Of a stretch of 64,000 nt of DNA, positions 50,481 through 63,800 are shown piece by piece. The DNA lies in the NCBI RefSeq assembly GCF_006345805.1, contig NC_042998.1, positions 117,242,001 through 117,306,000 of the forward strand, given 5' to 3'. The stretch is from Octopus sinensis. Its lineage: Eukaryota. Under the pieces are notes generated by a model. It did not search any database, was not told where the DNA came from, and was given only the letters and a program-made list of their open reading frames with translations. Positions within the stretch are counted from its first letter, which is position 1. Each line of letters starts with the position of its first letter. Position numbers and translations under genes: made by a program.

Positions 50481-53007
50481 AAAGAAAAGCTAAAGCAAGA
50501 TACCCTTGCCAAAGCACAAGAGCCGGTACGAGAAACGCCAGCGCTTCTTTGAACAAAGCAAAAAGTTCAACTCCAACCCCAAAAACTTCTACCAAGAACT
50601 TGGCAAAAATAAAATAGAAATCACTGCAGCACCAACGGCAGAAGAAGTGGAAGAATTCTGGAGAGAAATATGTTCGGCGAACGAACAACCAAAAAGAAGG
50701 AGTAAAAAAACAACAAACTCAGCATCTGAGCAACATTGGACCCCCATAACAACTGAAGAGGTCACCCAGGCACTGCAAAGACTAAGCAACTTGAAGGCAT
50801 CTGGGCATGACAAGATCCCCAACTTCTGGTTGAAATATCTAATACGAATGCACAAAAAGGTGGCTGAAATTTTTAACAACATACTGGCAGAGCCAGAGAC
50901 AATGCCTCAATGGCTCACGAAGGAGAAAACCATCTTAATTCCCATATCAAATGAGACAGCAAGACCAGAAAACTACAGACCAATAACATGTCTCCCTACG
51001 ATGTACAAGGCATTTACTGCAGTGATATCGCAAGGGTTGAAATAGCACCTTGACGAAGTAGCATCAGCAATTATAAAACTCATAGGACACTCTATGAATA
51101 AATAGCAAACAGTGCTACAGCTCCAAACAAAAGAGGGACTCATAAAAACCAAAGCCATCTCCATTCGTCAGAGAGTTATTCCAGGGAGACACGCTCTCTC
51201 CACTCCTTTTCTGCTTGGCACTGTCACCTCTATCTGATATGCTAAATAGTACTGGATGCGGATATAAATGTTACGGCAAAACGATCAAACACCTTTTATA
51301 TATGGATGACCTAAATCTATACGCTGCAAACGACAAACAGCTGGATACACTATTAAAGACAGTTCATGGATTTACAAAAGAAAGAGATATGAAATTTGGA
51401 TTAGAAAAATGCGCCAAAATAACCATGAAAAGAGGAACACTAGTTAAGAGTAGCAAAATCACACTAGATAAAACCAATGAAATAAAATAATTAGATCAAA
51501 GCAAAACTTACATATAATTAGACATCCATGAACTAGATAAGACACAATACACACAAATGAAAGAGAAAATAAAAAAGAATATTATACACGAGTTAGATCA
51601 ATACTAAAAACAGAGCTCAATGCTAAAAATAAAATATGTATTAACACTTTAGCCGTCCCAGTTATAAGTTAGACCTACAATAACCTTAACTGGACACTAA
51701 ATGAACTGACCAAAATAGATAGGAAAACAAAAAAAATAATGTCAGGATCTAGGATGCATCACACAAAATCTGACATAGAAAGACAATATATACAACGTAT
51801 AGAAGGTGGTAGATGCCTTATACAGCTGGAAAACTACTATAAAATAACCACCATAGGACTGCAAAAAATATCTACTTCAGAAGGAAGGAAAACTGATACA
51901 AATAGCGGCAAAACACGAGCAAAACAAAAACTGTTCTCAGTATTTAAGGAAGCGGACAAATACAAACAAGAAATCATACCACCTAATAAATATGAAGAAG
52001 AAGAAAGAAGAAGAAGAAGAAGAAGAAGAAGAAGAAGAAGAAGAAGAAGAAGAAGAAGAAGAAGAAGAAGAAGAAATAACAAAAGCTATAAAACAAATGA
52101 AATCCAAACTAAAACTAGAACAGGAAAGAACCATGATAAAACGATGGCAAGAAAAGCCCCTTCATGGTAAATACTGGACTAAACCAAATGCAAAAGAAAT
52201 AGACAAAGAAAAATCACAGCAATGGTTGAGAAGATCAGGACTCAAATCAGAGACAGAGGGATTTTTAATTGCAGCACAGGACCAAAGCCTCCCCACCAGA
52301 AATTACCAAAAACACGTAATGAAAAGAAATATAACAAGTAACTGCAGAATATGTGGAGATGGACAAGAAACAATAAATCATATTATCTCTTGCTGCCCAA
52401 TCCTGGCTAAGAAGGAATATATTCACAGACATGACAGAGTTGGAACCTACATACACTGGAAACTATGCCAACATTATGGAATAACAACAGAAAAAATATG
52501 GTATAGGCACACACCAGAAAAGGTCACAGAAAACGAGAAAGCAACCATACTCTGGGATATGCCGATACACACAGATAGAGAAATTAATGCCAACAGACCA
52601 TATATAGTTGTCAGAGATCATGAAGAAAAAATGCTTTCTAATTGATGTATCAATACCGGCAGATGACAACGTGTCTCTAAATGAAATGGAGAAACTTTCA
52701 AAATACAAAGACCTGGAAATAGAGGTAACCAGAATGTGGAATCTAAAATCAGAAACAATTCCTATCATAGTAGATGCATTAGGCTTGATAAAAAAATATT
52801 CAGACAAATACATAACAAAAACACCAGGACTTACAAACCCATATAACATACAAAAAATTACACTACTAGGCACTGCACACATCCTACGCAGAACACTTTC
52901 CATACAATAACCATCAGAGCATCACAACAATTCAGAGCACATACCCAAGGCACACAGAGTTACGCTCGGTAGTGAAGTGAAAGCACGCTATAAAAATAAA
53001 ACTAGTG

Positions 53008-53010
<3 letters not shown>
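50481..53010 (+). mobile_element. R4/Dong-like retrotransposon (second subfamily), degenerate
   Basis: YRPITCLPTMYK, GD.LSPL.F.LAL, HLLYMDDL, CRICGDGQETINHIISCC, IDVSIP, GTAHILRRTLSIQ*; 3' UTR; (AAT)n both sides; internal (GAA)n expansion. Confidence 0.93.
51993..52076. repeat. (GAA)n expansion inside the Dong coding region
   Basis: Direct sequence; the homologous site at 7387-7410 has only a short GAA run. Confidence 0.95.
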
Positions 53011-53040
<30 letters not shown>

Positions 53041-53081
53041 GATAATAATAATAATAATGATAATAATAATAATAATAAAAA

Positions 53082-53116
<35 letters not shown>

Positions 53117-53163
53117 TATTATTATTATTATTATTATAATTATTATTATTATTATTATTATTA

Positions 53164-53240
<77 letters not shown>

Positions 53241-53278
53241 CACTAGTTTTATTTTTATAGCGTGCTTTCACTTCACTA
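52970..53278. repeat. fold-back palindrome of the LINE 3' end around (AAT)n/(ATT)n
   Basis: 52970-53010 is the exact reverse complement of 53238-53278, extended by matching GATAAT repeats. Confidence 0.92.
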
Positions 53279-56182
53279 TATATATATACACACGTGTGAG
53301 TATGTGTTTGCGGTGCGTGCGTGTACCTGAGTACATTTTGCATTCAGAATTCCATGTATGTATTCTCGCTACCTATACTGTCGTTGTCCTAAGATGCGTT
53401 TCGTATAAAAGCACGGATTCCGAGTTTTATTAATAGCTAAAAGTTTGTGTTACGTATATTTTACCTATAATGGGATAATATTTTTTCCGTACATTTCACC
53501 GAATGTACAATATTCTAGTGTAGTTCCTCTCATATATAAACACGCTTTTGAATGTAATATCTGAAATCAATGTCTCAAATGTAGCAAAATTAGCAGCTAT
53601 TAGAGAATACTAAGGAATATTTGCAGTACATGTGTACGTGTACCTATCTATGTGTACATGTACCTAACTATTTATCTATCTACCTATATATATATGTATC
53701 TGTTTGTATTGCTGTCTGTTTGTTTATCTAACTATCTGTACAAACATGCATGTATAAGCGATTGCGAATGGGAACGATAACTAGTGGAGCTTTCGAATTG
53801 TAGGCAGTTGTTACTATATAGCAAACCCCGAATGTAGATGCTCAGTAAATTAACAACATATTGTCTAGCCGTATTGGTAAACGTCTTTATCCAAATCTCA
53901 TCTACTGTTCTGCAGTAGGGAAGAGGAATTTGGAACTAAAATTATTGCAGTTCTGAATATTAAACAGCCTCACATTAACAATATGCTATTTCAACAAACA
54001 ATGAATAGACGGAAGCATGGTTACATCATTATATAAGAACAGTGGAAGTTAAATTTAGGAAGGAAAAATCACAGCATAGACTTCGGAAACAATGATACGC
54101 TGTAGCGAAAAAAGTAGTACTAGCACAAAAACATTAAATTAATAAAACAGGAATATCAATTAAAATTAATTAAGGAAATCATACCAAAGAGTAGAAAAAG
54201 TAATTCCAAACTATTCAAATTAGTATGGGGAAGTAGTGGGAAAGAGAAGAATGTATAGCGCAATCGAAAATACAAGCCTTTTTGTTGGGGTACTTCGTTG
54301 ATGGGAAGAACATTTTGAAAATGTTCGAACAACGTTAGGAATTGGCACAAGAAGGCTTGAATAATGTGTCAGATGTGGATAATCCTACAGAAACGACAAA
54401 ATTAAACATATATATACAACAGAATGAAATGTTCTTTAATGCCCTGATGTAGAGGCAAGTAAAAGCAGGAATGGACCACATTCTTGCTATATTAAATGTC
54501 ATATTCACCATAGCATGGTAAGCAGAGTAATAGAAAAATTTTGGATCCGTGTATTGATAAATTGAAAGTTTAAAACAAATAAGAAAAAAACCATCACAAA
54601 ACTACATGGAAAATTCATTTCCCGGGACAGTATTAGAAGTGGCAAGGAGTTGCTTTTATTTTAAAACATAGTATAGTCACAATTCATGACAATTTTGCAA
54701 TCTGAGAGATAATTTAATTGCTAAAGTTTATCACTTTTCTTTACCCTTGAGCTTCAGCGAATTTAAATTCATGATCTACTGAAAGCGTTATGGAATGTTA
54801 AGAGAACGATATATGTATACTCAAACATAATACAAATTATAGGTGTACAATGCAGCAATATAGGGTATGGTGTGACGATTAAAGAAAGGGAATGGTGTAA
54901 AATGTATAAGTGTTTTGTTCAATTATTATATCTTTTCAGTCTTGATGAAAACATCAGTATTATTGTCAAACTCTGACTTAGACCATTCCTGCACATGTTA
55001 GATAGGCTGACGACACAGCTTTTTCATCCATATTCTCTTAGGAAGGGAACATTTCCTAAAAGCATATAGCTATGCATGACTAAATGGCACCAGAAAATAA
55101 ATTATGTGGATTGAAAGATTCGGTCGCTGAGTAAGGGGATGGTAACAATCGATGATTATCAAGTCAAAGGCGTTACATTGCATGACTTAGAAGACACATG
55201 AAACGCAGTTCTCATAAAATTTCCAGATTTTTTAGTAACTAAGAAACCAATCAAGTTCGATCATATTTTATGATCGATCTAATGATACTCTTAATGATTA
55301 CAAAATAAATTACTTTTCATTAGTTCAACGAATTTCAATGTAATTGTGCGACGACAATACAGGCACACTTACTCCAAAATATAACTCTTTGTTAAATGAT
55401 ATAGCGTGCGAGGTGATGTAAAAAAGCATTAATTCTACAACTTCATTTACTACGAAATCAAAACTTTTAATATTCACAAATTGAATCAAACGACTTCTGT
55501 TATGAATCGTGAGTAAAGGAAACAACATCCTGCATCTTGTTGTTTAATGAGAAGGCGTTACACTGAAATGCACTTCCAAATAATAAGTATACTTGGATGC
55601 AGTAATCTTGTAGAATTCGAAACAAGTTTTGATATTATACTTTTGATAAACTCATAACACTAAACTGTCATTTAGAAAGTGTTCCCAAACGCATTCGGTG
55701 AAAATTTAAGAGAAACCAAATTTACGAAATGGATACCCTCCACTGTCACTGATATTAACCTTTATATATGTATGCCCCTGTTTCTTCCAAGTACATTTAA
55801 TAATGTTTTCCTTACAACTTTTATTTACAGTTTCTTCTTTTACATTCATATACGTCTTTATACATAGTCCCTTAAAGTGTGTGTGTGTGTGTGTGTCCCT
55901 GAATGATTTGCTCCTCTATCAACTATTTAGCTTTAATTATTTAACATCTATATATCTATTTCCTTCTATATTAGTTTGCATTCTAAAGAGTAAAATAAAA
56001 TTTATGACCATACTGCGAATGCCAACTTTATCCTATTGCAAATACATATGTGTGAATATGAGTATGCATGCGTACTTGTGTGTATTTGTGTGTGCGTACA
56101 CGTGGTGCCTCATGAGCTGCTATGTGAAAACTTGGCCTACAAAATTTCGTTATACAATACGTTTTCCTCTTTACATTGCAAG

Positions 56183-56308
56183 ATACAGGTGGAAATATCA
56201 ATTACTTAAGAATAAAACATCATTCATACGAATACAATCTTTCTCGTTAGGAGATGAAAATCTTCACATGTACTCTGAGCATATCTTACGTAACATACTG
56301 TCTCAAAG
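56183..56308 (+). CDS. candidate phase 2-2 exon (YRWKYQLLKNKTSFIRIQSFSLGDENLHMYSEHILRNILSQ)
   Basis: Acceptor gttttcctctttacattgcaag, donor AAG|gtaaat, 126 nt, only one frame open. Confidence 0.35.
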
Positions 56309-56428
56309 GTAAATTAAATATAAGGTTTGTTTGAAACAATAGCGACATTCTTATTGCTTGTAAATACTGAAACATCGATTCAAGAAGATTATGCTAATCT
56401 CTAGGATTAACTACCCAAGAAAACAATG

Positions 56429-56460
<32 letters not shown>

Positions 56461-56469
56461 AATATCTAG

Positions 56470-56582
<113 letters not shown>

Positions 56583-56639
56583 CATACACACATACATACG
56601 TATATGCATACTTATACATACATACACACATACATAATG

Positions 56640-56670
<31 letters not shown>

Positions 56671-57360
56671 GTGTGTGTGTTTTAGTACAGAAGAAAAAAT
56701 GCTACTGCTAAGAAGAGATAGAATGTTGGTTACAAATGTATACTAGAGAGATTCTTGGGTTAATCATGGATTGTTGTCTGTATGAATATCTATGTCTCCC
56801 AGAGAACTACGGTATAATGGAATTGCATTTTTCATGGACATGATAGATGGTAACCTATTTGTCAAACACAGCAGATAATTTTCTAATTAACGGCTAGATG
56901 ATAATACCAAAAACAGTTTACGCCAATTTATTTCATTTTGACTTCAAAGAGATACTTAATTTTCTTCCAATTGCAGTGTGATGATGACAGCACTTTGAAA
57001 AGCAGTGTAATAACTAAACAAGGCTTCGAAAGAGAGAGCATTCCACTGAAGTGTGAGATCAAACAGATTCCAATTAATACAGTTTAATATAGGTGACAGC
57101 ACTGCACGTGAGACGTACAGAAGTTGGTTGAATGTATAAAATGTTTATTTATAGTGTTTTAGTAGTTACTTAATTATGTGTATTACTTATTTAACCTTTC
57201 ATTTCATCTAATATGTACTTCTAAATAGAACTCTGTGACACAGAAACCCTTGTTGGTGTGAAAAAAAGAAGACAAAAATATGTTTAGAGTAGTTAATTGT
57301 ATTGAAGTGACGGCTTAAATAAAAGCTGAAATAGACATATTCATGTATTTTTGTGTATAT

Positions 57361-57480
57361 ATTAGGTTGGTGCATAAATACTGCAGCTTGTTTCCAACAA
57401 ATTTTATTCAACAGAAACAATAGCAATATTTAGCAAAACCATCTTTAAATTACAGTCTGACATCGTCTGCCAACTAAATG
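57361..57480. mobile_element. mariner terminus fragment
   Basis: TA-TTAGGTTGGTGCATAA, typical mariner TIR start. Confidence 0.45.
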
Positions 57481-58164
57481 GATGTGCAGGTTCTAGTTCT
57501 GTACCACTCGTACATGTGTGTGCATTCATCCAATACGTTTCAATAAATAGACATAATGGAACGTTTACGGGCTGTCAATTTTATATCCTCTCCACGTTCT
57601 TATTTGCTATATATATATATATTTACAATTCTCTGAAAGTTAGAGGTTGTGAATCTAACCAACTAAGGGATAGTAACTATCCAATATACTGCTGATAGTG
57701 TAGCAAATTATTAACGCCCAAGTGCTGGTTATTGCGTAGCAATTTCAGTATTGAGCGTAATAAATAGGCGAGGGTAAAATGTGGTTTACCCTTAATTTAT
57801 AAAGCGAGAAGAGAATGGAGGGGGTACAGAAATAGTATACATCAACTGTTAGACGTTATATCATGACTATATATTTATTCTAAAACATTTATAAGAATAA
57901 ATACATATGTAAACACTCTGTATTACATGCATATGCACCAGTACTTCATTGAATAGAAGCAGAACATTTTCTGACGGTCATTTCTGTCAAGATGTCACAA
58001 TAACCCATCTCTTCAGTGTTCTGTAGTGATCGGTAGATAAAGTCAAATTACTGGGTGCGTCTCTAGGCTTCATCAGAGAGTTGAAAGGAGGGACTGAAAA
58101 GTTCAGAGGGCTAATACATGTATATATAAATACACACACACACTCACACACATTTTTTTTTTGT

Positions 58165-58703
<539 letters not shown>

Positions 58704-58927
58704 GGAGGCGCAATGGCCCAGTGGTTAGGGCAGCGGACTTGCGGTCGGAGATCGTGGTTTCGATTCCCAGACCGGGCGTTGTGTGTGTTTATTAAGCGAA
58801 AACAACTAAAAGCTCCACGAGGCTCCGGCAGGGGATGGTGGTGATCCTGCTGTACTCTTTCACCACTCTAAAGGCGGTGCTCCAGCATGGCCGCAGTCAA
58901 ATGACTGAAACAAGTACAAAAAAAAAA
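58704..58927 (+). mobile_element. tRNA-derived SINE with A/B boxes and a LINE-like 3' tail
   Basis: TGGCCCAGTGG (A box), GGTTTCGATTCC (B box), tail GGCGGTGCTCCAGCATGGCCGCAG...poly(A). Confidence 0.85.
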
Positions 58928-59564
58928 TGTGTGTGAGTGTGTGTGTGTATTTATATATACAGTATTAGCCCTCTGAACTTTTCAGTCCCTCCTTTCAACT
59001 CTCTGATGAAGCCTAGAGACGCACCCAGTAATTTGACTTTATCTACCGATCACTACAGAACACTGAAGAGATGGGTTATGTGACATCTTGACAGAAATGA
59101 CCGTCAGAAAATGTTCTGCTTCTATTCTATGAAGTACTGTGCATATGCATGTAATACAGAGTGTTTACATATGTATTTATTCTTATAAATGTTTTAGAAT
59201 AAATATATAGTCATGATATAACGTCTAACAGTTGATGTATACTATTTCTGTACCCCCTCCATTCTCTTCTCGCTTTATAAATTAAGGGTAAACCACATTT
59301 TACCCTCGCCTATTTATTACGCTCAATACTGAAATTGCTACGCAATAACCAGCACTTGGGCGTTAATAATTGGCTACACTATCAGCAGTATATTGGATAG
59401 TTACTATCCCTTAGTTGGTTAGATTCACAACCTCTAACTTTCAGAGAATTGTAAATATATATATATATAGCAAATAAGAACGTGGAGAGGATATAAAATT
59501 GACAGCCCGTAAACGTTCCATTATGTCTATTTATTGAAACGTATTGGATGAATGCACACACATG

Positions 59565-59990
59565 ATTCCCAGACCGGGCATTGTGATTGTTTATTAAGCG
59601 AAAACACCTAAAGCTACACGAGGCCCCGGCGTGGGGCGGTGGTGAGCTCTGCTGTACTCTTTCCCAATAACTTTCTCTCATGATTTCTTTCTGTTTCTGT
59701 TGTACCTGTATTTCAAATGGCCAACCTTGTCACACCTTGTGCCACACTGAATCTCCCCGATAACTACGTGAAGATTACAAGTGTCTGTGGAGTGCTCAGC
59801 CACTTGCTCGTTAATAAATGAGCTGCGACGTCACTGGTGCCAAGCAGTATCGCCCTTTGCCTTTCTCTTGGATAACATCGTTGGCGTGGAGAGGATACGC
59901 TGATATGCGTGGGCGACTGCTAGCCTTCCAGGGTAACTTTCCCTGTGTAATCCCATGGTCATTCATGACCGAAGGGTGTCACAACAAAAT
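59565..59990 (+). mobile_element. same-family SINE lacking its head, longer body
   Basis: ATTCCCAGACCGGGC...AAGCGAAAACACC matches the 58763-58830 segment. Confidence 0.7.
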
Positions 59991-60117
59991 GTTAGCAAAA
60001 TATGAACCACTGCATGACTCCACCCTTCCTAAAAAACTGAAACTAAAAATGACTATACCCATCGATATAACACTGAATATGACAACATAAATAGTCGAAG
60101 GCAAAACATCAAATATG

Positions 60118-60164
<47 letters not shown>

Positions 60165-60340
60165 TGTATGTATGTATGTATGTATTTCTTTTCATATCCC
60201 CGTTCCTTTCCACAAAGTTGTACTCTCATACTCTATTGCTTGCTCCTATTTTGCTCTTATTGTTACTCTTCTTATACACTCTTTAATAGAATAATATACT
60301 GTACTACTGGTAACTGATTTTTTAATATGTATGTATGTAG

Positions 60341-60398
<58 letters not shown>

Positions 60399-60444
60399 GT
60401 ATGTATATATATATCTTCATGTGTATATATATATTATATATACA

Positions 60445-60730
60445 TGCATTAGGCCTCTGAACTTTTTAGACCGTCTATTAATCTGTCTAATGAAGTCTAG
60501 GAACACACCCAATAACCTAATTTTATCTACCGATCACTATAGAACTGAACAGATGGAAATAATATATAAGGTACTGTGACCTCTCGCCAGAAACTGTTAT
60601 TTTTTGTATTCTATGAATTACTGGTACATATATGTATTTATTCGCACAAATGTTTTAGAATAAATATATTGGCGTAATATGTCTTACATTTGAGGTATAC
60701 TATTTCTGTACCCCCTCCATTTTCCTTTTG
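60445..60730 (+). repeat. diverged paralog of 58955-59270
   Basis: Shared blocks TTTATCTACCGATCACTA, AATGTTTTAGAATAAATATAT, GTATACTATTTCTGTACCCCCTCCATT. Confidence 0.8.
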
Positions 60731-60732
60731 CC

Positions 60733-60772
<40 letters not shown>

Positions 60773-62334
60773 ATGTATATATCTATATATATATATATAT
60801 ATATATCAAAAACACCATACTGGTATCCTTCGATGTAGTCAACCTCTACTCCAATATCCCCCACAACCTAGGACTAGAGGCAATCCAATTCTGGCTAGAG
60901 GATCACGCCAACGAACTACCACACCGCATCAAAAAAGAATTTGTGATAGAAGGGGTTAATTCATCCTGGAAAATAACTTCTTCGCCTTCAATGACAACTT
61001 CTACCGACAAAAATCGGGGACTGCGATGGGTACACGAATGGCCCCCTCCTTTGCCAACCTAGTCATAGGATACCTAGAGATCAGTCTGTATCGTAAGGTT
61101 CTAGAAAGATATGGCAGCCCTTTCTCTCCATCTACATAGAAAACAACTGGAAGAGATATCTAGATGACTGTTTCATCCTTTGGCATAAAAATATAGAAAA
61201 ACTCATAGAATTCCAGAAAATTTTAAACGGACTGGACGTAAACAATCCAATTCACGATGGAATATAGCCAACAACAACTCCCCTTCCTCGATATCCTCAT
61301 TAAGAAAGCTAATAATATAATAGAAACAGACATATACTATAAGCCTACAGACTCTAAGCAATATCTTCCATTCAATTCATGCCACCCCCCGACACACCAG
61401 GATGAATATCCCCTTCAATCTAGCAAAAAGGTATGCACTATAGTCTCTAACGCAAACACCAGAGACACACGACTACAAGAACTAAAAGATACCCTAATCA
61501 ACCAGGACTATCCACCTTCACTTATTAACAAGTGCATTCAACGTGCCCTTCAACTTAACATCAAGGAAATGAGACATCCCAAATCAAAGAAAAACTTACA
61601 ACCAAAAGCCTTACCATACATCTCCACACACACAACCCTCTCAATAACGAAGCCTTCGACACCATCCTCCACAACATACCCCTCCTAAAAAAAGCCACAG
61701 AATGAACACAATCCTCCAAACACACACGATCATAAAAAGCAAAACACAGCCTAGATCCATGAAAAGTCTCCTTACACAAACCCGAATTCACTCTTCACAA
61801 CACAGAAGCCGACTGTAAAAAAATGGAAGACCCAATTGCGGGATATGCGACTATCTAATCGAGGGTTCTGAGTTCTCCTTCAAACAGGGACAACGGTTTA
61901 CAGTGAAAAGCAACTTCACATGTGCTTCGGAGAACCTAATATACTCACTAACCTGCTCCGGGTGTCAAGAGCAGTACATAGGCCAAACAAAAATGGTTTG
62001 CGTAAACGAATGGCCCTGCACAGATCCCAGATAAAAATTCCCCAAAACAGAAAAATAGCTTTTAGCCAACACATAGATACTTGCGCCAACAAAAAAACAC
62101 CAAACTTCAGAATTTTCCCCCTCTACCAATTTAGGGACGATACAACCTCGAGACAAAGAATAAGTAAAGAAAATCTCTTTATTACAAAATACAAGCCACT
62201 TCTTAACGGGTCTACGACAAACAATTAATATACCTCACCTCAACTTTAGAATAAAAGAAAAAATATATATACACACACATACTATACTACACTCCATAGA
62301 ATCCATTACTAATCAGCCCGCCCTCATAGCTATA

Positions 62335-62630
62335 TTGTACACACCACCTTCATATTCTCCCTTCTCTGTTTTTTCTTCTTCTTCTTCTTCCTCTTCTTCT
62401 TCATCTTCATCATCATTATCATCATCATCATCGCGTCATCATCATCATCGCCACCATCATCACCACCATCTTCTCCTTCTTCCTCCTTCTTCTTCTTCTT
62501 CTTCTTCTATCATCATCGTTATATCATCATCATCACCACCATCATCCATCATCTTCTTCCTTCTTCCTTCTCCTTCTCCTTCTCTTCTTCTTCTTCTTCT
62601 TCTCTCTCCACCCCCCTACCCCTTAAGTTT
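62335..62630. repeat. (TCT)n/(CAT)n low-complexity tract in the PLE 3' region
   Basis: Direct sequence. Confidence 0.9.
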
Positions 62631-62964
62631 GTCACTAATGTTTTTTAGTATAACACCTACGCTAATTCTATAAACAAGCCTGTCAATAAATATTCTCCTG
62701 AATTGAACTGAGACTGCCAGCCGCCACTGACCATTCAAAATACGACCATCAGGGCACTCCCAGATTCTCCCACCCCCCCTCTTCCTCACCAGCCTTCCCT
62801 CTACTACTACCCTACCAAGAACTCACAACTACCTCGAACACACAAGTGCAAACAAGGGAGTCAGAGAAAGGCAGAATGCCACTTAAATCTGAACACTACT
62901 ATAGAAATATTCTTTTAAAAAAACTTTTCTTCTAATTTTTCTAAATTAAATTATTTAATCGTTA

Positions 62965-63002
62965 CAGTTGAAAAGGTCTCAAAATGACCGAAACCGGTAC
63001 TG
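62965..63002 (+). ncRNA. minimal type I hammerhead-ribozyme-like motif (variant core)
   Basis: CAG-TTGAAAA-GGTC(TCAAAAT)GACC-GAA-ACCGGT-A-CTG: stems I, II and palindromic III present; core deviates from CTGANGA. Confidence 0.45.
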
Positions 63003-63084
63003 AAATGTTCACTATAAAATTATTTTAGCATTTTCTATTTTTTACTTGTTTTTTCATATATATATATATATATATATATAGTAG

Positions 63085-63670
63085 AAATATGTTACGAGGA
63101 GAAAATATAAAATACACGTGAAATGTAAGGGAAAATATGAAAAATCAACGAAAATGCATATTGCAAATAGAAAAAGACTCTTTATGACAGGTAGTGACAA
63201 ATATATACATTTAGATTGACTGAGATAGTAATACGAGTCATAAAGGTCATTATTATGAGATGATTATAAGATGATAATAAAATAAGAGAACAAAATGAAC
63301 CAGTGATTTACGCGAAGGATATTCATCGTTTGAACAACACCGGTTAATATACGGTGTCAGGTCTAATAGTTCCTGAGGAAAAAGATTATTTGTAAGGGAG
63401 GTAAGTAGTTCTGGAATTAGAAATGTGAGTGATGTAGGTAGTGTATAGGGTTTAGCGGTTTCAATTGAAGAGTTAGTGGTGTTCTGTATTGAGTTGTGTG
63501 TTCATATTTAGTTGGGGGAGAAATTTGTTGATGAAAAATGTCCCTTTATTCAGCCTTTGTTGCATTGTGGTGTTCTGTGAGCATTGGTAAAAGGGAAATA
63601 TTTGGAGATTGGGATTAAGATTCCTGGCACATCTTTCTATGTGTTCACTCACCTTTAACTGTCTGTATTG
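63085..63670 (-). mobile_element. Penelope-like GIY-YIG C-terminal fragment, same group as 60807-63055
   Basis: Minus strand QYRQLKVSEHIERCARNLNPNLQIFPFYQCSQNTTMQQRLNKGTFFINKFLPQLN resembles FSQHIDTCANKKTPNFRIFPLYQ...LFITKYKPLLN. Confidence 0.75.
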
Positions 63671-63672
63671 TG

Positions 63673-63715
63673 TGTGACGGATTTGTGAATGGTGATTATT
63701 TGACGTTATATATAT

Positions 63716-63767
<52 letters not shown>

Positions 63768-63800
63768 TGTCAAAGAATCACCATTCACAAATCCGTCACA
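63673..63800. repeat. 36-bp inverted repeats flanking (TA)n
   Basis: 63673-63708 vs 63765-63800, 2 mismatches. Confidence 0.88.

Larger units (their letters stand above)
60807..63055 (+). mobile_element. Penelope-like element (Neptune-type), 5'-truncated RT plus GIY-YIG, frameshifted
   Basis: ILVSFDVVNLYSNIP; GTAMGTRMAPSFANL; RYLDDCF; LPFLDILI; YYKPTD; TCASENLIY..TCSGCQEQYIGQT; pyrimidine-rich tail; hammerhead-like motif; (TA)n at both ends. Confidence 0.92.

Noticed and set aside
58704-58780. tRNA-like sequence with A and B boxes
   Set aside because: No full cloverleaf seen; it continues into a SINE body and is multi-copy.
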